Below the pieces are notes generated by a model, which worked only from the letters and a program-made list of their open reading frames with translations, did not search any database and was not told where the DNA came from. Positions 8,164 through 17,058 of a stretch of DNA of 26,925 nt are shown piece after piece; within the stretch, counting starts at the first letter, position 1; every line of letters begins with the position of its first letter. Origin of the DNA: a virus (Duplodnaviria; Caudoviricetes); the IMG/VR virus record IMGVR_UViG_3300032212_000123, positions 1-26,925 of that record; one strand, written 5' to 3'. The position numbers and the translations under genes are program-made.

Positions 8164-10230
8164 GTGAAGACAAAAAAAATCGAACAGCCCCGGACTAATT
8201 TCCGCGCGCTCGTCGCGCCTGGAAGCTTTTCCGAGGAGGACCTCTCTTTCGAAGTCGTATGGGCTACCGACCGCGCCGTTTTTCGCGCGCCTTGGTACGA
8301 CGAGCCTTTCGACGAGACCCTCGGGATGGATCCCGGGGAGGTCCGCCTCGATCGCCTAAATTCTGGCGCGCCTCTCCTGAACTCTCACCGCTCCGGGAAC
8401 TTGGACGACCAGCTCGGCGCCGTCGTTCCGGGCTCCGCTCGAGTCGACGGTTCCAAGGGATACGCAAAAGTCCAACTTCTTAACCACCCTTCGAACGATC
8501 GAACGATCGCCGGAGTCCGCGCGGGGATCTTTACGAATTTCTCCGTCGGATTTCAGGTTTTCAGGTTCCGCGATACCAGCTCCGCCGACGACTCGGTTAA
8601 GCAACTTCGCGCGGTCGATTGGGAACCCTTCGAGCTTACCTTGATTCCGGTTCCGGCCGATTTCGACGCGGGCATTCGTTCGCTAGATACTCCGGACCAA
8701 ACTCGCCGCCTCGTTCCTATTGAGGCCTCCACCCCTTCCGAAAATATGAAACCGAACAGTAAAAAAGACCAGACCACGGAATCCGGGAACGATCCGCTCG
8801 AAACGCGCGGCGCTCCGGATCCGACTCCCGCGCCCGCTCCGGCTCCGGCTCCGGCCGAACACACCCCCGACCCCGTCGACGCGGCGGCCGTCCGCGCCCA
8901 GGCGCAAAGCGACGAGCGGAAACGAATCTCCTCGATTTACTCCCTCTCTCGTGGAATGGGCCTCGAGGCTTCCGATCCTCTCGTCCGTTCCATGGTCGAC
9001 GAGGGAACTCCCCTCGACGGCGAGGCCGGAGTTCGCGCCCGCTTGATTGCTCGCGGCGCCGCCGAGGACGAGGCCACCGAAACGCGCGGCGGCCATTCGC
9101 CCGTCGAGGTTACCCGCGACGAGGGCGAGACCACCGTCCGAGGAATCGAAACCGCGCTCCTGGAAAAATGCTCTTATCGAGAGCTGAATCCCTCGACCGG
9201 TCGCCACGACCAGAACGTCGTCCTCGACGAAAACTCGAGTCGATTCCGGGGCCTCCGGGTTCTCGACTTGGCGAAGCACGTCCTCCGCGCGCATTCCGTC
9301 AAGCGGGTTGATTACATGCCGGACCATGAGGTCGCAAAGCTTGCCCTCCGTAGTCTCGGCGCGACGACTTCGGACTTCCCGAATCTCCTCGCGAACGTCG
9401 CCTCGAAGCGTCTCCAGATGGGTTTCGGAATGGAGTCGCGGACTTGGCTCCCCTTGGTCTCCTCGACCCGAATCGCCCAAGACTTTAAGCCGATGAGCTC
9501 TCCGGCCTTTGGTGGCGGTCCCGCTCTCGAGGAAATCGACGAGCTGGGCTCCTACAACATGGCGAAAACCGCCGAACGCGGGGAAACCTTCACCGTTAAA
9601 AAGTACGGGAAAAAGTGGGGGTATAGCTGGGAAGCTATGCTCGCCGATGACCTCTCGGCCTTCGATAAAACGCCCGCCAACATGGGCGCCAACGCGGCCC
9701 GCAAGGAAAACGACGTCGTCTGGACGGACCTAATTATCGGGAACGTCGTGGGCGGAGACGGAAACGCTCTTTTCGACAATGCGAACCACGCAAACGACAC
9801 CACGGCCGCGAGCCCGCTAACCATTGCGAACCTGGGCGCCGCCCAAAAGAAGCTAATGGATCAAACGGGCCTCGACGCCGAGCAATTGAACCTAATTCCG
9901 AGTTTCCTGATCGTCGGAACGGCGGACTATGTCCTCGCCCAGCAGCTAACGCGAAGCATTTCTCCGGACCAATTCGGGAACGTAAACCCCTTCGCGGGCG
10001 GAGGTCTGACCGTAATTGTCGACCCTCGAATTTCGTTCGATGGCTGGTATCTGACCACCTCACCGACGCAAACCGAGACGCTCGAGATCGCGCGACTCGC
10101 TGGCATGGACGGCCCGAGCATCGAAACCCGTCCGGGCTTCGACGTCGACGGCCTCGAAATCAAAGTCCGTCATATTTTCGGCGCCCAGATTCCGGAGTTC
10201 CGGGGCTGGCAGCGCGTCGCCAACTCCTAA
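8164..10230 (+). CDS. prohead protease (HK97/S78-type)-scaffold-major capsid protein fusion (Mu gpT-like capsid domain)
   Basis: Protease motifs APLLNSH, FSVGF and DWEPFEL..VPAD, a PA-rich linker with ERKRI, and capsid motifs TTSDFPNLL, DFK, DDLSAF, ALF...H.N, P.FLIV, DG.EIKVR. Likely start is GTG 8164, since the ORF-track start 8002 overlaps the portal. Confidence 0.93.
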   Translation: MKTKKIEQPRTNFRALVAPGSFSEEDLSFEVVWATDRAVFRAPWYDEPFDETLGMDPGEVRLDRLNSGAPLLNSHRSGNLDDQLGAVVPGSARVDGSKGYAKVQLLNHPSNDRTIAGVRAGIFTNFSVGFQVFRFRDTSSADDSVKQLRAVDWEPFELTLIPVPADFDAGIRSLDTPDQTRRLVPIEASTPSENMKPNSKKDQTTESGNDPLETRGAPDPTPAPAPAPAPAEHTPDPVDAAAVRAQAQSDERKRISSIYSLSRGMGLEASDPLVRSMVDEGTPLDGEAGVRARLIARGAAEDEATETRGGHSPVEVTRDEGETTVRGIETALLEKCSYRELNPSTGRHDQNVVLDENSSRFRGLRVLDLAKHVLRAHSVKRVDYMPDHEVAKLALRSLGATTSDFPNLLANVASKRLQMGFGMESRTWLPLVSSTRIAQDFKPMSSPAFGGGPALEEIDELGSYNMAKTAERGETFTVKKYGKKWGYSWEAMLADDLSAFDKTPANMGANAARKENDVVWTDLIIGNVVGGDGNALFDNANHANDTTAASPLTIANLGAAQKKLMDQTGLDAEQLNLIPSFLIVGTADYVLAQQLTRSISPDQFGNVNPFAGGGLTVIVDPRISFDGWYLTTSPTQTETLEIARLAGMDGPSIETRPGFDVDGLEIKVRHIFGAQIPEFRGWQRVANS

Positions 10231-10242
10231 CCGAGAACCCTC

Positions 10243-10277
10243 GAGAGGTCGAGGCGCCCCGCGCGCCTCGTCCTCTC
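10243..10277 (+). terminator. GC-rich stem-loop after the capsid gene (weak terminator or mRNA stabiliser)
   Basis: GAGAGG-T-CGAGGCGC-loop-GCGCCTCG-T-CCTCTC, followed by a TC-rich rather than T-rich tail. Confidence 0.5.
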
Positions 10278-10323
10278 TCTCTCGCTCACAAATCCGAACA
10301 CCCCCCCGAGCCCTTCTTCCAAA

Positions 10324-10710
10324 ATGACGCAGTCAGTTAAGCCGAACTCGGCAGTCACAAACCTCAACTTTATTAACGCTTCCGGCCACACGGTCGGCGA
10401 CGTTCTCCTCCTCCCGGCCGCCGCCGCCGTCCGCTCCTGCCATATTGCCGCGACGACCGTCGCCGCAGGAGAGAGCGGGACCGTTCTCTCGGGGCCGCTC
10501 GTCGTCGAGCTGGATCACAACACGAGCGATACGATCGCTTTCGGCGCCCCTTGCTACTGGGACGAATCCGCCGACGAGGTCGTTAATCTCGTCGCGGCGG
10601 GGAACTGGTTTATCGGTTATTGCGCGAACCCCGGCGGAGTTACGACTGAGGCGAAAATCCTCGTCAAGCTCGACGGCGGAGTTACCCGCGAAAACGAAAT
10701 CGTTGGCTAG
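10324..10710 (+). CDS. capsid cement/decoration protein, DUF2190-like
   Basis: Directly after the MCP, with VAAGESG, IAFGAPCYWD, N..IGYC and VKL motifs. Confidence 0.75.
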   Translation: MTQSVKPNSAVTNLNFINASGHTVGDVLLLPAAAAVRSCHIAATTVAAGESGTVLSGPLVVELDHNTSDTIAFGAPCYWDESADEVVNLVAAGNWFIGYCANPGGVTTEAKILVKLDGGVTRENEIVG

Positions 10711-10719
10711 ATCCCTCCT

Positions 10720-11046
10720 ATGGGATGGCGTGAAAGGGTCGGTCTGGTCCAGTCCTCGGGGTTCCGAACGTTCCCCGAGGCCTATTCCTATACGCCCGCC
10801 GGGGGCGTCGAAGTCTCCGGTCTAACGGGGATTTTCCGCGACGAATCCGTCCAGGAACCCCTCGGCGGGGAGCGAGACCTAGTTTCTCAAAAGCCGACCC
10901 TCGACGTCCGTCTCTCCGACCTCGGGGGATCGGTCGATCGCGGAGATTTGATCGCGATCGACCGCCTCTCGAGAACTTTCGAGATTCACGATTCCCAGGA
11001 AGACGGAGAGGGCCTTTCGACCCTCGTACTTTTGGAGACCTCTTGA
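10720..11046 (+). CDS. head-tail joining protein (FII-like)
   Basis: Y.P..G, GIF, P.LDVRLSDL, GD.I.I and DGEG....L.L pattern, plus position. Confidence 0.8.
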   Translation: MGWRERVGLVQSSGFRTFPEAYSYTPAGGVEVSGLTGIFRDESVQEPLGGERDLVSQKPTLDVRLSDLGGSVDRGDLIAIDRLSRTFEIHDSQEDGEGLSTLVLLETS

Positions 11047-11600
11047 GCCTTTCCCGAAAACTAATTCGCTCCGGAATCGTCGCGCTCCTCAAAGGCGCCA
11101 CGATTGCCGGGAATAAGGTCACCGACGGGCAAACCGACATTGCCTGGGAGGAGGACGCGCCCGGAATTTTTGTTTCGACGCGCCGGGAAGTCGTTACGAA
11201 AAACGTCGACGTCCCCCTCGAGTATCGTCGCGAGCTGGAGGTTATCGTCGAGGTTCACGCCTCGCGGCGGAGAACGGCCCAGGCGGAGGACTTGGTCGAC
11301 GATATCCTCGCGGAGGTCGAACTTATTCTCGAGCGAAATCGAACGCTCCCCACGTTTCCCGATACGATCAAAATCGACGCCGACGCCTCTGGGCTTGAAG
11401 AGGTCCAGCTCGAAAGCACCTCGGAGGCGCGCGTTCCGATGGCAATCGGCGCCCTCCGCTGGCGCGTCGTTTATTTCACAACCTACCCCGTCGACGAGGC
11501 CGCCCTCGACCAACTTCGCGAAGTCCGAACGAGCTGGGACCTCGGTCCCTCAATTGACGGATTGCTCGAAGCGGTCGACGTTGTAAAGCTCTCCGTCTAA
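11043..11600 (+). CDS. tail terminator / neck protein
   Basis: RKLIRSGIVALLKG.T.AG.KV, P.I.V, Y.REL.V.VE and EDLVDDI..EVE. Located just before DUF2635 and the sheath. TTG start overlaps the upstream TGA. Confidence 0.75.
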   Translation: MSLSRKLIRSGIVALLKGATIAGNKVTDGQTDIAWEEDAPGIFVSTRREVVTKNVDVPLEYRRELEVIVEVHASRRRTAQAEDLVDDILAEVELILERNRTLPTFPDTIKIDADASGLEEVQLESTSEARVPMAIGALRWRVVYFTTYPVDEAALDQLREVRTSWDLGPSIDGLLEAVDVVKLSV

Positions 11601-11609
11601 TCTGAAACC

Positions 11610-11873
11610 ATGAAAAACCCCGCCCGAATTTTCGTTCGACCGATCGGCGACGGTCTCGTTCCGATGCCGGATCGCGTTCGGAACTACCTCCCCAAAGAGG
11701 GCGCCCTAGTTTCCCTTAATGCTCACTGGTCGCGCCGCTTGATGAAACAGGAGGTCGAGATCGTCCCCGATCCCGGGCCCGAACTCCTCGAGAGCGCCGC
11801 CACGCCCGAAAAATCCACCCCCCCCGCGACCCCCGCCAAGGGATCGCGCCGCCGCCGTACCTCCGGAGCCTAG
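11610..11873 (+). CDS. DUF2635 / Mu gp38-like protein
   Basis: VRP..G.VPMPD....LP.EG..V....HWSRRL..QEV, immediately before the sheath. Confidence 0.85.
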   Translation: MKNPARIFVRPIGDGLVPMPDRVRNYLPKEGALVSLNAHWSRRLMKQEVEIVPDPGPELLESAATPEKSTPPATPAKGSRRRRTSGA

Positions 11874-11877
11874 TCCT

Positions 11878-13344
11878 ATGCCCCCGATCTCCTTTAACTC
11901 GATCCCCTCGGGGACGCTCGTCCCGTTTACTTCCGTCGAGTTCGACGCAAGTCGAGCCCAGCAAGGCCCCGCCGTTAAGCCTTTTCGGGGGCTCGTAATT
12001 GGGCAGCGCACAAGCGCCGGAACCGTTGCCCAACTGACCAAAACCCTAGTAACCTCCGCCGATCAAGCGGGGGAGTTCTTCGGACGCGGTTCGATGCTGC
12101 ACGGAATGGCGATTTCGCTATTCGAGGCGAATAAGCTATTCGCCTGGGACTTCGTCGCCCTCGATGACGCCTCCGGAACGGCCGCGACGCATACCTTCAC
12201 GTTCACCGGAACGGCAACGGCCGCCGGAACTATTTACGCCTACGTCGCGGGTCGGCGTTTCTCGATCGGCGTTTCGGTCGGAGATACGGCGAACGATATC
12301 GCGACGGCCGTCGCCGCCGAGATCAATCTCGACGACACGATCCCCGCGACCGCTGGCGCCGCGACTTCCGTCGTCACGCTTACAGCTCGCCACGACGGAA
12401 CCCTCGGAGACGATATCGACCTCCGGGTTAATTACTTCGAGGGCGAAGCCTTGCCCGCCGGGGTTACGGTCGCAATCGCGAACCCCGTTTCGGGAGCCAC
12501 GGACCCGTCGAACTTTAGCTCCGTTTGGGGAATCCTCGGGGACGTCACTTACGACGCAATCGTTAGCCCCTACCGGACGGCGGCCGAATTGCTGAGTCTC
12601 GAGACGGAAATCGAAGACCGTCGCGGACCCGTCCGCCAGCTCGGGGGCTACGGCTTCGTTTGCAGTCGCGACACGCACTCGAACACGGTCTCGCTCGGAA
12701 ACGGTCGGAACGCGAAATTCGTCTCCATCATGGGAACGGAGGGCGCGCCCCAACCGACTTGGGAATGGGCCGCCAGTATCGCCGGAGTAGCCTCGGCCTC
12801 CGCCCAGGTCGACCCCGCCCGCCCCTTCCAGACCCTCGTCCTCCCGAAAATTCTCCCGCCCTCGGAGACGGATATTTTTACCGTCCAAGAGCAGCGCCTC
12901 CTCTTGAACGACGGAATCGCGACCTATGCGGTCAACGCCGACGGGACGGTCGCGATCCAGCGCCTTATTTCCACGTTCCAAACGAACGCCCTCGGCGCGC
13001 CGGATACTTCCTACCTGGACGCGAACACCGCGTTTACTCTGGATTTCCTCCAGTACGACCTTCGCCGCCGAATAAATTCCACGTTCCCGCGCCACAAGCT
13101 CGCGAACGACGGGACGAACTTCGGAGCGGGGCAAGCGATCGTCACCCCCTCAATAATGCGCGCGTTTATCGTCGGAATCTTTTCCGAATGGGAATTCGCG
13201 GGGCTCGTCGAAGGCCTCGACCAATTCAAGCGCGACTTAATCGTCGAGCGGAACACGGACCCGAATCGCCTCGATATTCTGGCACCGCCGGACCTCGTTA
13301 ACCAACTTCGCCAGACGGCGATCCAGATCGGCTTTCTCCTCTAG
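11878..13344 (+). CDS. contractile tail sheath protein (Mu gpL-like)
   Basis: ISFNSIP...VP...VEFD, FGRGSML, LTARH.G.LG, DPARPFQTL.L, LL..GIAT, YLD.NT, FPRHKLANDG, VTP, DPNRLD...PPDLVNQLR. Confidence 0.97.
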   Translation: MPPISFNSIPSGTLVPFTSVEFDASRAQQGPAVKPFRGLVIGQRTSAGTVAQLTKTLVTSADQAGEFFGRGSMLHGMAISLFEANKLFAWDFVALDDASGTAATHTFTFTGTATAAGTIYAYVAGRRFSIGVSVGDTANDIATAVAAEINLDDTIPATAGAATSVVTLTARHDGTLGDDIDLRVNYFEGEALPAGVTVAIANPVSGATDPSNFSSVWGILGDVTYDAIVSPYRTAAELLSLETEIEDRRGPVRQLGGYGFVCSRDTHSNTVSLGNGRNAKFVSIMGTEGAPQPTWEWAASIAGVASASAQVDPARPFQTLVLPKILPPSETDIFTVQEQRLLLNDGIATYAVNADGTVAIQRLISTFQTNALGAPDTSYLDANTAFTLDFLQYDLRRRINSTFPRHKLANDGTNFGAGQAIVTPSIMRAFIVGIFSEWEFAGLVEGLDQFKRDLIVERNTDPNRLDILAPPDLVNQLRQTAIQIGFLL

Positions 13345-13356
13345 GAATTAATTAAA

Positions 13357-13719
13357 ATGGCAGAGATACGCGGCGGAAAAATGGAGATTCTGGTCGACGG
13401 CGAACGCCTCGACGCGGTCGGAAACTTCTCGTACAACCTCGGCGAACCCATTCGGGAGGCCCTCACGGGCCCCGATGGGGTCCACGGATACAAGGAACTC
13501 CCGCAGGTTCCTATGATCGAAGGCGCCGTCCGAGATCGGGGGGATCTCGATATTCGAGGCGCCCTCCTGGGCAAAACAAACGCGACGGTAATCCTCTCCA
13601 AGGGGGTAAATAAGCAAGTCGTCCTCCGGAATGCCTGGTATTCGGGAGAGGGAACCGCCTCGACGGAGGAGGGCGAGATCGCCTTCCGATTCGAGGGGCT
13701 CTCGGCGGAAGAGGTCTAG
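13357..13719 (+). CDS. tail tube protein (Mu gpM-like)
   Basis: RE...GPDGVHGYKE.P..P.IEG, NAW, and EGEI..RFEG motifs, directly after the sheath. Confidence 0.93.
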   Translation: MAEIRGGKMEILVDGERLDAVGNFSYNLGEPIREALTGPDGVHGYKELPQVPMIEGAVRDRGDLDIRGALLGKTNATVILSKGVNKQVVLRNAWYSGEGTASTEEGEIAFRFEGLSAEEV

Positions 13720-13751
13720 CTTCTGGTTCTCGAGATCGCCAAGATCCGGGA

Positions 13752-14228
13752 ATGACGAACACACAAGACACCGAAAAAGGGGGAGGCGAAGGCCTCCCCG
13801 AACCCGTTCCCACGCTCTCCGAGTCTCCGACCGAGTCCGAGCCCCAGGCGGAGGCCCCCCCGCTTTGGGACGACGAGGACGTTATCGCAAACGCCGACGG
13901 CCTACCCGTTTTTCGAGGGCAACCGGAGGGTTTTGGTCTCGGGCAGGATGGGAAATTCCGTCTTCAGCTTTGTACGCCGCTCCCCTTCGGAAAAGAGGAG
14001 GTAATCGAGAAGCTCGTTTTCCGAGAACCTCGAGGTCGCGATCTCGCGGATTTTCCCCTCGACGTCGAAAAAATGACGATGGGGCACCTCTTGAAATTCG
14101 CGGCCAAGATCTCCGGGAAATCGGACTCTATGATCGGAAGCCTTTCCGGGAAGGACGTCCTCCGGGTTATTACGGTGGCCTCGGGTTTTTTCGCCGGGGC
14201 TCCGGAAGAGATTGGGAAGACTGCCTAG
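13752..14228 (+). CDS. tail assembly chaperone (Mu gp41/GpE-like)
   Basis: L..PL......L.FREPRG.DL and I..L...D........GFF, between tube and tape measure. Confidence 0.88.
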   Translation: MTNTQDTEKGGGEGLPEPVPTLSESPTESEPQAEAPPLWDDEDVIANADGLPVFRGQPEGFGLGQDGKFRLQLCTPLPFGKEEVIEKLVFREPRGRDLADFPLDVEKMTMGHLLKFAAKISGKSDSMIGSLSGKDVLRVITVASGFFAGAPEEIGKTA

Positions 14229-14359
14229 GTCTCCTCGCTCGGCATTACCACTGGAGCCCGTCCGAGCTTCTCGAATTGCGGAGCCCCTCGGATATCCTCT
14301 TTTGGGCCCGAATTTTGGAGCGTACTCTTAGAGAGGAAAAAAAGCGCAGCCCCTCGTAA
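14183..14359 (+). other. -1 programmed frameshift site and C-terminal extension of the tail chaperone (GpE+E' type)
   Basis: In-frame slippery G GGT TTT TTC at 14183-14192. The -1 frame encodes ...LLARHYHWSPSELLEL...W..., the GpE'-type motif, ending at TAA 14359 just before the tape measure. Confidence 0.85.
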
Positions 14360-14368
14360 ATTTGAACC

Positions 14369-15847
14369 ATGGCCCCGACTCCTAAATTTCCTTTTGCCGT
14401 AGTCCTCTCGGCGACGGACAAAGTCACCGGTCCGCTTAAGAGAATCGGCTCCAAGGTCAAAGGGGTCGCGGGTCGAATCGGTCGTTCGCTCGGAAAGATT
14501 GGGCTCGGCCTTGCCGCCGCCAGTCTCGCCGCTGGTGCCGCGCTCTTTAAAATCGTTTCCTCCGTCGGGAAGGCGGGGGACGAAATCGGGAAATTCTCGA
14601 AACGGTTCTCGATTGCGACGGGAGCCCTCCAGGAGTACCGCTTCGTCGCGGAACGAATGGGGACGACGCAAGAGACGTTTAACGCCTCCCTCGGCGCCTT
14701 CGTTAAGCGCCTGGGCGAAGCAAAAACGGGCTCGGGGCAGCTCTTTAGTTTCCTCGGCCGCGCGGACCGACCGCTTCTCGATCTCCTACTGGCGACGACC
14801 TCCACCGAGGAGGCCCTCGAGGTCCTCTTCCAGCGAATGGCCCAAGTCGAGGACCCCGCGCTAAAAGCGGCCCTCGCCTCGGCGGCCTTCTCGCGAGCTG
14901 GGCTCTCAATGGTCAACATGACCGACGACGGGGTCGACGGTCTAAAAGCTCTTCGGGAAGAGTTCCGTCGCTACGGCGCCGGAATCTCCGAGGACGGGGT
15001 ACAAGCCGCCGAGGACTTCGCCGACAAGTCGACGAACCTCGAACTCGCCCTCGCGGGCGTCCGGAACGTTATCGCCGAGAGGTTACTCCCGACGGTTAAC
15101 GTTTGGTTCGAAAGGATGGCGGAGTTCTTCGTCTCGATCCGGCCCAAGGTCGGCGCCTTCGTCGACGACGTCGCTCGAAGAATTCCCTCGGCCCTCGAGG
15201 ATGCGAAACGCGCCTTCGACGAGGCGAAACGATTCGCCCAGCCCCTTTTCGATATCCTCGCCGCCGTCGTCGACAAGCTGGGCCCAATGGGGACCGCCGT
15301 CGCGATCGTCGCGGCGATTTTTACGGCGACCTTTGTCCCCGCGATCACGCTCGCGACCATAGCGGCGATTAAGTTTTTTATTGTCGTCGCGGCGAATCCC
15401 TTCGGGCTTTTGCTTACGGCGATTTCGCTTCTAATCCTCGCGCTCGGGGTTTTGGCGCTAAAGATGCGCGCCCTTTTGGGGTCCTGGAGGAACGTCTGGG
15501 CCTCGATCAAATTCTCGGCGAGGGTCGCGATCGACTACGTCGCGCGGAAAATTAGCGGCCTAACCGCCCTTTTGCCGGACTGGTTTAAGGATTTGATTTC
15601 TCGGGACGGTTCCGCCTTCGAGCGGGTTCTTACGCCCCGGACGCCCGCGCAATCGATCGGCAACGCGAACGAAATCCTCCGCGAGGTAATTTTCGGCGCC
15701 GCCCCCGCGACACAAGGCCCAGGCGGAGAACAGAAAGCAAAAGTCCAAGTCCTTTTCGATAATCTCCCCGAGGGCGCCCGCGTTTCCTCGGTCGAGGAGG
15801 ACTTTCTCGAGGTCGTCTCGAAATACGGATTTAACCTAGGCCTATGA
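14369..15847 (+). CDS. tape measure protein (short, 492 aa)
   Basis: N-terminal LSATDKVTGPLKRI, Ala/Gly-rich helical body, hydrophobic segments with ANPFGL, and position. Confidence 0.9.
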   Translation: MAPTPKFPFAVVLSATDKVTGPLKRIGSKVKGVAGRIGRSLGKIGLGLAAASLAAGAALFKIVSSVGKAGDEIGKFSKRFSIATGALQEYRFVAERMGTTQETFNASLGAFVKRLGEAKTGSGQLFSFLGRADRPLLDLLLATTSTEEALEVLFQRMAQVEDPALKAALASAAFSRAGLSMVNMTDDGVDGLKALREEFRRYGAGISEDGVQAAEDFADKSTNLELALAGVRNVIAERLLPTVNVWFERMAEFFVSIRPKVGAFVDDVARRIPSALEDAKRAFDEAKRFAQPLFDILAAVVDKLGPMGTAVAIVAAIFTATFVPAITLATIAAIKFFIVVAANPFGLLLTAISLLILALGVLALKMRALLGSWRNVWASIKFSARVAIDYVARKISGLTALLPDWFKDLISRDGSAFERVLTPRTPAQSIGNANEILREVIFGAAPATQGPGGEQKAKVQVLFDNLPEGARVSSVEEDFLEVVSKYGFNLGL

Positions 15848-17058
15848 TTTGGAAAGACCGCCTCGTTCCGGCTTCGTTTCGCGACGTTCCGTTTTTCGTC
15901 GACTCGCACGAATACCGCTCGGGCCGCGACGCGGTCGTTCACTCCTACCCCCAACGCGATAAGGCCTACGTCGAGGACGTCGGCCGGAAGGCCCGCCGCT
16001 ACCGGATTCGGGGCTATCTCCTCGGGGAGGATTATCTCGAGACGCGCGACGCACTGATCGAGGCCGTCGAAACTCGCCCGCTGGGCTGGCCCTTCGACGC
16101 CTCCCAGATTTTGGTCCATCCGTACTTTGGGAAGCTCCGGGTCCTATGCGAGGACTTCACGCTTACCGAAACGCGGACCGAGGGCCGATTCGCCTCCTTT
16201 GTCGCGACCTTTGTCGAGACCGCCGAGGTCGAAGCTCCGGCGGAGGTCGTAAACGCGGCGGCCGTCGCTGACGAGACCGCCGGGGATCTCGAGGACGCCT
16301 CGGGGGCGCCAGTCGAGGACGACCTCGTTACGGAAGGCCCGGGCATTCTCGACCAAGTCCGCGACGCCTCCCGCGCCGCGATCGCCGCCGTCGGCAACGC
16401 TCTAAACTCGCTCCCGAACCTAAACGGGGCACTCGCGGAGATTGAAGCCTTCCAAAGCAACGTTACGGGAGTAATCAATCAAGCTTCGGTTCTCGCGACG
16501 TCTCCGGCCCAGCTGGTAAACGACTTTAAGGCCGCCGTCGGGGGGATTCTCCGCGCGGCCGACAACTTCACCGACTCGCTTTTCGCTTACGAGGAGCTCC
16601 TGGGTTTCGACGCCGCCGATCTAAAGTCGGGCGGCGATTCCAATACGTCGCGATTCGCCGACCGGAACGTCGATCTAATCTCCCAGCTAACGCTCGAGCT
16701 TGCCGCCGCTGGCGCGATCCGCTCGATCGCCCGAATCGAGTTCGAATCATTCGACGAGGCGGAAGAGCGCCGGACCAAGCTCGCCGCGACCCTCGACGGA
16801 CTTCTCCTTTCGGCTTCTTATTGTTCCTACGACGCTCTCCTCGAGGCCCAGACCAAGCTCGTCCAGCTCGTTCCGGCGGACGCGGTCAAGCTTCCGCGCC
16901 TCCTCGACCTCCGGCTCCAAGTTACGGAGCCTTCGCTCGTCGTCGCGCACCGAATCTACGGGGACGCCAATCGCGCCGCCGAGATCACCGCGCGGAATAA
17001 AATCCGCCGTCCGGGCTTCGTTCCGGGCGGAGTCGACCTTCTCGTCCTCTCGGTCTGA
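15844..17058 (+). CDS. DNA circularisation protein (Mu gpN-like)
   Basis: W.DRL.PASFRDVPF.V, H.YP.RD..YVED.GR, LVHPYFG and C-terminal PSLVVAHRIYGDA.RA.EI..RN.I..PGFVP. Confidence 0.93.
   Translation: MIWKDRLVPASFRDVPFFVDSHEYRSGRDAVVHSYPQRDKAYVEDVGRKARRYRIRGYLLGEDYLETRDALIEAVETRPLGWPFDASQILVHPYFGKLRVLCEDFTLTETRTEGRFASFVATFVETAEVEAPAEVVNAAAVADETAGDLEDASGAPVEDDLVTEGPGILDQVRDASRAAIAAVGNALNSLPNLNGALAEIEAFQSNVTGVINQASVLATSPAQLVNDFKAAVGGILRAADNFTDSLFAYEELLGFDAADLKSGGDSNTSRFADRNVDLISQLTLELAAAGAIRSIARIEFESFDEAEERRTKLAATLDGLLLSASYCSYDALLEAQTKLVQLVPADAVKLPRLLDLRLQVTEPSLVVAHRIYGDANRAAEITARNKIRRPGFVPGGVDLLVLSV

Noticed and set aside
8827-8856. GCTCCG tandem repeat as a CRISPR or contingency locus
   Set aside because: Only a short in-frame repeat encoding the PAPAPA linker.
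12136-13134. 332-aa antisense ORF, and the many other - strand ORFs
   Set aside because: They lie wholly opposite well-supported + strand genes and mirror their codon bias. No - strand gene is supported anywhere in the window.
13631-14182. 5' part of the 242-aa ORF 13631..14359 as an independent gene
   Set aside because: Only the part after the slippery site looks like protein. The rest is a shadow frame of the tube and chaperone genes.
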